DNA of 64,000 nucleotides, from positions 140,987 to 204,986 of the forward strand of contig CBDCOD010000024.1 of the NCBI GenBank assembly GCA_965219665.1. Direction: 5' to 3'. Made by a program: the position numbers and the translations under genes. Under the pieces are notes generated by a model. That model had not been told where the DNA came from. It saw nothing but the letters and a program-made list of their open reading frames with translations, and did no database searches. The stretch comes from Gammaproteobacteria bacterium. Its GTDB lineage: Bacteria > Pseudomonadota > Gammaproteobacteria > CAKMZV01. Positions 24,352 through 31,882 of this stretch are shown one piece after another (position 1 is the first letter of the stretch; every line of letters starts with the position of its first letter).

Positions 24352-24671
24352 TTGAGCCAATTTGGTGGGCAATTGTTGGCGCTGCAGCGATTAGCTTTCT
24401 GTGGCGCTTTCTTGGGATGCACTTAAGTAGCAATGTGTCGGCAGACGCCCCTTTTTTGCAGTGGGTGAAATTAGTTGCATATGCTACGATAGCAGCTATT
24501 TTGGCACGTATGCTGCTATTGCCTGCTGGCGTGCTCACACAGCTTGATAGCTCCATTCGCTGGGGTGCTTTTGTGTTGCTATTCGCATTAATCATGCTGA
24601 TGCGGCGTTTCACACTGCTATGTGTTGGCTTGATTTGGGGCGTTTGTGCTATGTGGTTTTGGCTTGTTTAA
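24348..24671 (+). CDS. AzlD family protein
   Basis: Small hydrophobic ORF overlapping the azlC stop (ATGA); FLWRFLG. Confidence 0.8.
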   Translation: MIEPIWWAIVGAAAISFLWRFLGMHLSSNVSADAPFLQWVKLVAYATIAAILARMLLLPAGVLTQLDSSIRWGAFVLLFALIMLMRRFTLLCVGLIWGVCAMWFWLV

Positions 24672-24691
24672 TCAGTGTGGCAGGGCATATT

Positions 24692-25531
24692 TTAAGGGCG
24701 GTCAAGAGGGTTTTGTGGCACACGAATGATTTGATTGTCGGACAGGCGTAGTGCAGATAATTTGCCTTGCCACGCACAGCCTGTGTCAAGATGATGCACT
24801 GATTTGGGGAAAAGGGTTTCTTGGGAGGGGAGAGCAGACCAGTGGCCAAAGAAAAGAGTTTGATTGCTCGTTACCGAAGGGTCTATTCGGTTATACCATG
24901 GTATGAGATTAGGAGGTGCTTTGCTGGGGGCGTCTTTGTATGTAAATGAAGGTGTGCCTGTCTGAGCATTGTAGTATCGTACACGAGTGAAATAATTGAT
25001 GAGTAGACGGGCCTTATCAAAATCAGTGATTGCGTGTTGCCATTGTTTTGGGTGGTTGCCCATAAGATAATTTTGAAACAGTTGTTTCTTCCAAGTTGCA
25101 TCTTGTAGGTGGTTAGTGAGCCAGTTATGGCGCTCAAGAATAGTTGTAAGGTGCCAATTGGGGACGCTAGCGTGGGTTAGCAGTATTTTTTTTATTTTAG
25201 AAAGGTGTACGAAAGGTTGTGTGCTCAGCCATTCAATCCATTCTCCTCCATTTTTATGCTTAAGAATCGTGTCAAAATTATCTGACTGAGGGTAGCGTTT
25301 GTGCCCAAGATATACGGCAATGAGGTAGAGGTCATGATTGCCGAGAACAGTAGTGGCGCACCCTTTTGCATGGAGGGAGTAAATGAATTGTAAGACTTTC
25401 TCATTGTGCTTGCCACGGTTGACTAAGTCCCCAACAAAATAAAGGTGAGTTGAGTCTGTAATCTTTGCCTTATGTAGAAGGTCCATCAGGCTGTAATAGC
25501 AGCCGTGAACATCGCCAATAATTAATCCCAT
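24692..25531 (-). CDS. apaH: Symmetrical bis(5'-nucleosyl)-tetraphosphatase
   Basis: GDVHGC, GDLVNRG, LGNHD, FGHWSAL, LDTGCAW. Confidence 0.96.
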   Translation of the reverse strand: MGLIIGDVHGCYYSLMDLLHKAKITDSTHLYFVGDLVNRGKHNEKVLQFIYSLHAKGCATTVLGNHDLYLIAVYLGHKRYPQSDNFDTILKHKNGGEWIEWLSTQPFVHLSKIKKILLTHASVPNWHLTTILERHNWLTNHLQDATWKKQLFQNYLMGNHPKQWQHAITDFDKARLLINYFTRVRYYNAQTGTPSFTYKDAPSKAPPNLIPWYNRIDPSVTSNQTLFFGHWSALPSQETLFPKSVHHLDTGCAWQGKLSALRLSDNQIIRVPQNPLDRP

Positions 25532-26286
25532 AGTGCACGAGAGAGCGAGATCATTTGAGTAATAGTGAGTGTCTCAGCTCGGCATGAGGGGTTAATTCCT
25601 AATGCTTGAATGTTTTGGGGGCTTATGTGCTTTTTAAGGTTATTTGCCAGTGTTTTGCGTTTTTGCTGTAGCGACCATTGCACAGTCTGAGAGTAGCGAG
25701 ATATTTCATCATGGGAAAGGGGTAGCTGTTTTTTAGGTGTAAGACGGATTATTGCTGACTGAACTGAGGGCATGGGTTCAAATGCTTGAGGTGCAATAGT
25801 GAAGCAGTATTCTGTATCGCAAAAAAGCTGTGTAATAAAACTTAAGCGCGAGCGTTTTTCTGTGGCGCATATGCGCATTGCAACCTCTTTTTGATACATG
25901 AAATGCATGTCTTGGATATGCTCATATCCAGTAAGACAGGCTATGGTTAGAGGTGTTGATATGTGGTATGGCAGGTTGCCTATTAGCCGATAGGGTTTAT
26001 ACGGATGTTCAGCGTACGGGTAATGTAGGGCATCACGGTGGTGAAGGTCGAAATGGTCAAAGGAATTAAAATTCTGCGATAGTGCAGGTATAAGTGCATT
26101 GTCTATTTCAATAGCAGTGTACTGGCTACAGTATGGCACGATACGTGTAGTTAGTGCACCTTGCCCAGGTCCTATTTCTATAAAGCAGTCAGTTTTATAT
26201 GGGTTAATAGTTTTAGCAATATGTTCAAGGATAGCACTATCTATCAGAAAATTTTGGGAGAGATGTTTTTTTGCTTTTATGGTCAT
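25522..26286 (-). CDS. rsmA: 16S rRNA dimethyladenosine transferase KsgA
   Basis: KHLSQNFL, EIGPGQGALT, GNLPYHIST. Confidence 0.97.
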   Translation of the reverse strand: MTIKAKKHLSQNFLIDSAILEHIAKTINPYKTDCFIEIGPGQGALTTRIVPYCSQYTAIEIDNALIPALSQNFNSFDHFDLHHRDALHYPYAEHPYKPYRLIGNLPYHISTPLTIACLTGYEHIQDMHFMYQKEVAMRICATEKRSRLSFITQLFCDTEYCFTIAPQAFEPMPSVQSAIIRLTPKKQLPLSHDEISRYSQTVQWSLQQKRKTLANNLKKHISPQNIQALGINPSCRAETLTITQMISLSRALWD

Positions 26287-26338
26287 GTTTAATAGTATGC
26301 AAGCATCTCTTAAGAGTATGTTAACTTAGCGGGAACGG

Positions 26339-27685
26339 TTAGAACTGCTGTTGTACACCAATCGTGAATCCTCGAATAATAGTAGCATCCTCCGATAGTG
26401 AGGAGCCGGAGGCGCTTATGCCGGGGGCGCCAGTGTTAAATAATGCATTTAAGTCAAAAAACCAAAGGCTAAACCCAAAATTTACCCACTGCTCATCGAC
26501 CGCTGTGTCTTGATACAGTGCTAGGCGGACTTTAGGAGAAGGGTATCCAAACTTCGCTCTTTTATTGCTATTCCAAAGCGTTGAGGCAATTTCAGCTTGT
26601 ATTGTAGTAATCTGATGAATAGCAAAAAAATTGTTTAATCCATCACGCCAGCTATTCAAATCATGCACTATAGAAAAGCGATAGCGGCGAGAGTCTGATA
26701 AATACCCCAACTCTACCCGCATTTTAGTGTCAATAAAGAAGTTACCGCGCTCAGTGTCATAAATTCTAGCAACAGTTAGGTTATCAGAAGTAGCGTTGCT
26801 TGCATAACTTGGTATATCGACTGTTTGAGGTAGCGCATCTAGTGCGTATAGGCTTAGGTGATAGTTACGGTCGTATAGAGTGATGCCAACGTCTGCATTA
26901 ATGAGGTAATTGGGATTCTCTAAACTCAGAGGAAACAAGTTTAAAGCATCAGCCAAGACAAAAGGCTCGTTATTAATTGCTATAAGCTCGCGGATGTCTC
27001 TGATACGCGAATCTATAGTTAATTCTTGTAATTTAAAGCGCCCACCTAGGGCGATTCCTATTTTTTTTGAGGTTATATGTGTGGTAAGATAGGAACTGAC
27101 GCTTGCGTTGAGAGAGCGCTTTCTGCTAAGTATATTAATAAGAGCAACATCATTTGTTAGAGAATCCAAAAATACTTGGGCATTAGCAGTTGTTAAGTCT
27201 GCAAAATCTATAAGAGCCTGATCTGCGTTCACGCCGTTTATAGAAGAAAGACCTTGGTAAAATTGAAACTGATCATCGTAGGAAATATGAACAGAGAAAG
27301 CGCTTCCTAAGGGGGTTATATCAAAGGCAAAGCGCGCACCAGCGTTAGCTGCAACAAATGGGCTATTAGAGCTAACAAAGTTGTCAAGTGTTCGCTCAAA
27401 ATTGACTATGTCAGATATGCTAATATTTTGGTCGAAAAAAAAGTCACCAAGCTCATTGATTACATCCGTTAATCCATCGTTGCCATTTGAAAGAGCGGCT
27501 GCATTAGCATGTAATTGGAAAGCAACAGCATCTGCAGAGAAATAATCCTTTAGCGCTGGGCTGGTTGGGTTTTCAGCACCAGGTAGGAATAAAAGTTTAT
27601 CAGGCGAGGGTGTTGCACTACTAAAGGCGTGTATTGCTGAGGTGTACAAGCAGACAATGGCGATTAGGATACGAATGCAATGCAC
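26339..27685 (-). CDS. Predicted secreted outer-membrane beta-barrel protein (possibly TraF-like); last gene of the motor-like operon
   Basis: Signal peptide (..TSAIHA), beta-strand-rich C-terminal half, terminal Phe (FTIGVQQQF); starts 16 bp after the motB-like stop. Confidence 0.55.
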   Translation of the reverse strand: MHCIRILIAIVCLYTSAIHAFSSATPSPDKLLFLPGAENPTSPALKDYFSADAVAFQLHANAAALSNGNDGLTDVINELGDFFFDQNISISDIVNFERTLDNFVSSNSPFVAANAGARFAFDITPLGSAFSVHISYDDQFQFYQGLSSINGVNADQALIDFADLTTANAQVFLDSLTNDVALINILSRKRSLNASVSSYLTTHITSKKIGIALGGRFKLQELTIDSRIRDIRELIAINNEPFVLADALNLFPLSLENPNYLINADVGITLYDRNYHLSLYALDALPQTVDIPSYASNATSDNLTVARIYDTERGNFFIDTKMRVELGYLSDSRRYRFSIVHDLNSWRDGLNNFFAIHQITTIQAEIASTLWNSNKRAKFGYPSPKVRLALYQDTAVDEQWVNFGFSLWFFDLNALFNTGAPGISASGSSLSEDATIIRGFTIGVQQQF

Positions 27686-27701
27686 GACTCACGCAATATG
27701 G

Positions 27702-28391
27702 TTATTTTTTATGTAGGCTAATGATAGGGTTTTGGGTATAGGTTCGCTGTATTCTAAACACGTTAATTTCAATACGTCTGTTTTTTGCTTGATTCTCTAT
27801 GATAGGCTTGCCGCCTTCATCTCTATTCGGAAATTTAGGTCGAGTGTCGCCATAGCCTGCTATTTTGATTTTATCGTCATCAAGGTGGTTTTTAACAATA
27901 TTTAAGACGCTAATAGCTCTGAACACAGAGAGTTCCCAATTTGATGAATAATTTTCATTATGAATGGGAACATCGTCAGTATGTCCATGGATTTCCACTT
28001 CGTAGTTTCTGTATTCAAGGTTTTTTATAGCCGTTACCAGCTGGCGCATGGTGAACTTTCCTTCGTTACTGAGAGCAGCCTCACCTGACTGAAAGAGCCC
28101 GGCATCAGACAGTTCAATATTTAACCCTAAAGGGTGCTTGTTAATATGTACTTGTTTTTTTAGATTGTTCTTTTCAATGATTTCATTGAGCTCTTTTTCT
28201 AGATTGCTAAAAGACTGTGTATTTGTAGAAGATTTTGAGAATGCCTGGGCAACTGCCTCAAATTTGCTTTGGTCAATAACGGAGGTAGAAATGATGAGTA
28301 CAAAAAAAACCAGCAACAGGGTGATGATGTCTGCATATGGGACTAGCCAAGACTTTGAGGCGCGAAAAGAGTAGATTCTATGTTGACCCAT
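27702..28391 (-). CDS. MotB/PomB-family stator subunit
   Basis: WLVPYADIITLLLVFFVL TM with the conserved Asp, plug helix, OmpA-like domain (GHTD, NWELSVFRA, NRRIEI). Confidence 0.95.
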   Translation of the reverse strand: MGQHRIYSFRASKSWLVPYADIITLLLVFFVLIISTSVIDQSKFEAVAQAFSKSSTNTQSFSNLEKELNEIIEKNNLKKQVHINKHPLGLNIELSDAGLFQSGEAALSNEGKFTMRQLVTAIKNLEYRNYEVEIHGHTDDVPIHNENYSSNWELSVFRAISVLNIVKNHLDDDKIKIAGYGDTRPKFPNRDEGGKPIIENQAKNRRIEINVFRIQRTYTQNPIISLHKK

Positions 28392-28395
28392 GCTT

Positions 28396-29181
28396 TTAGT
28401 ACTCTACTTGTAGCTTCAGAGGCAGCGAACTATTGAGTTGATCTTTTACTAGAATGGGGTTGGCCTTAGAGCGCATCAATATAAGGGCATCGGTAAAAAC
28501 ACGGCTTTTTGCCAGAGTCTCATTGCGTTCCTCATTGAGGTAGACTGCCATAGGCTTTAGAAGTGAGTTCGAGAGTACAACCCCGTACAGTGTTGTTATA
28601 AGTGCAATAGAGAGCCCTTCCCCAATATTACTGATATCAATATCTAAATTTGCAAGCATTAGGACCATGCCAATCACTGTTCCAACCATACCAAAACCGG
28701 GGGCATATTCAGAAAAACTGAACCAAACAGCTTCAGATTTTTGGAGTTCTTCATCGTGTTGCTGTGCGAAATTTTTCAAGTGTGTTCGCATGATATCCTC
28801 AGAGTATCCTGCTGCAGTCAGGTTAAGCCCATACCGTAAAAAGTCAGAAAAGCGATGTTTATTCTTCTCTAATTCTTGGTCAATGCATGCAAGCCCATTT
28901 GTGGTGTGAATTTTCTCAGCAATTTCTATGAGTAACATGATTTCTTGTTTGCGTTTTGCGTGGTCAGACTGCTTAAAAAGAGAGAGCAGAGCATGCTTAT
29001 AGGCATTAAAAACACTTGGAAAAGAGAACGTCATCAGTGTTGCAGAGAAGGTGCCAGCAGACACAATAATAAAGGATTGGATATGAATAAACAGTCCTAT
29101 ATTTCCATGGATATACAGCACAAAATAAATGATGGTAAAAACAAGCGCAACAGCAATGAGGCGGGTTATAAATGTTTTCAT
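28396..29181 (-). CDS. MotA/PomA-family stator subunit
   Basis: SFIIVSAGT, YAPGFGMVGTVIGMVLML, ALITTLYG; PomA-like length and layout. Confidence 0.95.
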   Translation of the reverse strand: MKTFITRLIAVALVFTIIYFVLYIHGNIGLFIHIQSFIIVSAGTFSATLMTFSFPSVFNAYKHALLSLFKQSDHAKRKQEIMLLIEIAEKIHTTNGLACIDQELEKNKHRFSDFLRYGLNLTAAGYSEDIMRTHLKNFAQQHDEELQKSEAVWFSFSEYAPGFGMVGTVIGMVLMLANLDIDISNIGEGLSIALITTLYGVVLSNSLLKPMAVYLNEERNETLAKSRVFTDALILMRSKANPILVKDQLNSSLPLKLQVEY

Positions 29182-29207
29182 GATTCTTGCTCTTCTATGG
29201 TTCGTTA

Positions 29208-31265
29208 CTATTGTGGTTGCTCGTCATCTGCAATTGAATCAAGCACAATTGGGGCGCTTTGATCTTCCAAATGTTCTGATGGCATCTCAAAGGCTTTAGC
29301 ACGCAACAGAGCGCGGGCTTTAGCACTGATAGCTTGCTTCGCTTGGGCAATATCGCTGTTGGCAGGTGTTTCCATGGTTTCTAATAAGCGGATAACTAAT
29401 AGACGAGAGCGGTCAGTTAGTGTACTGAGTAGATGGTTTCGTATGGAGTCATCCGCATCATACAGCGCTGTTGCCAGCGTATCACGCTCTATTTCACGCA
29501 AGAAGTTCCGTAGTGCTGCTTCAGGAATTTTTGGAATGTCATCAAAGTTAATGTATAGGCGTTTAATTTTATAGTACTGGTCTGGATTTTGGCTATTCAG
29601 TGCATCCAAAAACATAGTTTCGCTGGCTAAGTCCATAGATTCCAAGGTTTGTATAAGTGCTTCAGTTCCGTCAATCTGAATTTCATTTATTTCAGGAATT
29701 TGCTGGGCTTTTCGTGCTAACTGTGCTGCTATGCCCCTATAGGATAACAGTGGCAACTCTGCTAATCGAGACATAGAGGTAGCAATGCTAGCTTGCTCAT
29801 CTGGTGTAAAACTTGCCAACATTCGAGCAGCCCGTTTCTTTTCAATTTGTGAGAGAACTAAGCCGCGTGCCTGAGGGTCTTCATCCAATAGACCTTTCAG
29901 TTTGACATCGCTCATTTCGTTTAGGAAGTCAAATGGGCGAGAATGTATGTTCTTTTGAGAGAGAGTGTTATGTTTTAGGCGATCATACACTGCTTTTGCC
30001 CAATTGCATTGCTCTTCTATGCTTGCCTGAGCGATAGTTGCTCCTTGCTCTTTTGCTTGTGCAAGTATTTCAGGAGATAAATTGCCCTGGGCATACTTCA
30101 CGACTACGTCTTCCCCCAGCAAATGAATCAGCCAAGCGGTGGTTTTAGCAGCTTCATCAGAGGATGGGGATGTTTCTAAGGTGTTCGCAAGCATGTGATC
30201 GTTTAGCATGACAGCACTTACAATGTCTTCATTAAAAATACTGAGTCGTTGCGTGTGTTTGATGTCCTCAATTTGGTTGTGCTCTAACTGCTGAACGCCA
30301 GGATCATGCTGTAATTTTTGGTGAGCTGGATAGTTATGTGCTACGTATGGCATATCTTGATATGGCACAGCAGGTATATGAGGCGTTTTATCTTGTCGAT
30401 TGAGTAAGCGCCATAATAAAAGGAGTATTGCGCCAACGAGCAGCCAGAATAGCCATGGATATTGTTCATACCATTGTTGAATTTGCTCTGCTGTCATAAG
30501 TGGTTTTTCTTCTATCTCTGTGGAGGCTACAGGTGGGATAGGAGCAAGTGGTGGCGCTTCAGGTTTTAGAGGATTTTGAGTTTCAGTAGGTGAAGCAGTG
30601 CTTGGGAAATCCGTGAGAATAGTCTTGATGCTATCGCCACGCACTAAGTTGATGCGTGCTTTTTCTGCAACAAGTTCATTGATATAGGAGATGCGACTAG
30701 GCTCTAAATCAGAAGGGATCCAGAGCGTTAAAGAGAGTCGATCAATGACTGTTCGGCTGTCTACCAAGCGCTCTACAGATTTAGTTTCTTGCTGGGTTTG
30801 TGTAATGGTTGTCGTTTTTGGTTCTGTTTCCTGTGTTGCTACAACTGAAGGCTCCGAATTTTGAATGAGTGTAGAGCTCTGTGTCTGTGCTGATCTGGGA
30901 ACAAAAGGGACGCCTGGTAAAGGAACCGAGTCTGACTCAGGAGAAGCGGTGGGTCGTGCTACGATTGGTTGTCCTACTGGTGGTTGTCCTACTGGTGGTT
31001 GTATGACTTGCTGTACAGGGATAGAGGTTGTTAGAGTCTCCTCTTCAGTACGGTATGTTTGCAGTTTATACAGACTAGAACGGACCTGTATGATAAAGGG
31101 TCTGTCTTTCAAGTGGAGGTGTAGCGCATCACTGACGCTTTGCTCTAAGTTTTTTTCAAATTCAACTTGCTTAAGTGCATCAATAGGTAGTCTGCGGATG
31201 GTTTCAGCAGCCACAGCGGCTAGGCTGAGAGAGCATATAAGGACAGAAAAGAGTAATTTTTGCAT
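29208..31265 (-). CDS. Sec-signal FliF(RBM3-like)-TM-FliG(M/C) fusion protein
   Basis: Signal peptide; IDRLSLTLW...INELVAEKARINLVRGDSI...F resembles the FliF RBM3 C-terminal part; TM WLFWLLVGAILLLLW; FliG-M RPFDFL...EDPQARGLVLS; FliG-C INFDDI...FLREIERDTLATAL...DIAQAKQAI. Confidence 0.8.
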   Translation of the reverse strand: MQKLLFSVLICSLSLAAVAAETIRRLPIDALKQVEFEKNLEQSVSDALHLHLKDRPFIIQVRSSLYKLQTYRTEEETLTTSIPVQQVIQPPVGQPPVGQPIVARPTASPESDSVPLPGVPFVPRSAQTQSSTLIQNSEPSVVATQETEPKTTTITQTQQETKSVERLVDSRTVIDRLSLTLWIPSDLEPSRISYINELVAEKARINLVRGDSIKTILTDFPSTASPTETQNPLKPEAPPLAPIPPVASTEIEEKPLMTAEQIQQWYEQYPWLFWLLVGAILLLLWRLLNRQDKTPHIPAVPYQDMPYVAHNYPAHQKLQHDPGVQQLEHNQIEDIKHTQRLSIFNEDIVSAVMLNDHMLANTLETSPSSDEAAKTTAWLIHLLGEDVVVKYAQGNLSPEILAQAKEQGATIAQASIEEQCNWAKAVYDRLKHNTLSQKNIHSRPFDFLNEMSDVKLKGLLDEDPQARGLVLSQIEKKRAARMLASFTPDEQASIATSMSRLAELPLLSYRGIAAQLARKAQQIPEINEIQIDGTEALIQTLESMDLASETMFLDALNSQNPDQYYKIKRLYINFDDIPKIPEAALRNFLREIERDTLATALYDADDSIRNHLLSTLTDRSRLLVIRLLETMETPANSDIAQAKQAISAKARALLRAKAFEMPSEHLEDQSAPIVLDSIADDEQPQ
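30966..31002. repeat. 15-bp in-frame tandem repeat (about 2.5 copies) encoding QPPVG
   Basis: TGGTTGTCCTACTGG x2 + TGGTTGT. Confidence 0.85.
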
Positions 31266-31273
31266 AATAATTC

Positions 31274-31882
31274 CTAAGGACCTATTTCTTGTAATTTCTC
31301 GGCAACGCCCTCTATGCTATCATCTAAACTTAAAGCTTTTTGCCAAGCATCACGTGCTTTCCCCAATTCATTGAGTTGGTAGTGGATAGAACCCTTCAGA
31401 GCCCAACTGAGGGCAGCACTATTATCAGCTTGAATACTGCGAGTTATCTCTAAAAGTGCTCTGCGGTAGCGCCCTTCTAAAAAATAGCTTTGCGCAATTA
31501 AAAAAGAGCGGTCCGCTAATTTGGTGTCACTAACTGGCTGGTCGGCTGGTGTATCAGCGGGTAGCTGTTCCTTAGCCTCGGGTAGGTTCGCCAATGTAAT
31601 GTCATAATCTACCAAGTCATCATCACCAATATGCATAACCATTTCAATATAGTCACTCTGTGTTTTTCTTCGATAAAAAATAACACCATTATTAACGCTA
31701 AAGGGGGTGTTGGCGCCCTGAGATGTAGCGTTCAGTTCTTTTGTGGCTGCGGTAGACTGAGCGTTCTCAGCCTCGGTAGAAGGGGTGGTGTCAGGTTGAG
31801 AGGCGCACCCAGATAGAGTGCCTACCAATAAACTTATGACAGTAAAGTTGGGTATGTACTGGAAGGGGAAGGAGTGCTTCAT
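31274..31882 (-). CDS. TPR-containing lipoprotein
   Basis: Lipobox LSG-C; C-terminal TPRs (AQSYFLEGRYRRAL; WALKGSIHYQLNELGKARDAWQKALSLD). Confidence 0.85.
   Translation of the reverse strand: MKHSFPFQYIPNFTVISLLVGTLSGCASQPDTTPSTEAENAQSTAATKELNATSQGANTPFSVNNGVIFYRRKTQSDYIEMVMHIGDDDLVDYDITLANLPEAKEQLPADTPADQPVSDTKLADRSFLIAQSYFLEGRYRRALLEITRSIQADNSAALSWALKGSIHYQLNELGKARDAWQKALSLDDSIEGVAEKLQEIGP

Noticed and set aside
27702-29181. Zorya ZorA/ZorB, or ExbBD/TolQR
   Set aside because: MotA is PomA-sized with no long ZorA tail, there are no zorC/D/E genes, MotB has a plug and OmpA domain unlike ExbD/TolR, and a FliG-like partner is adjacent.
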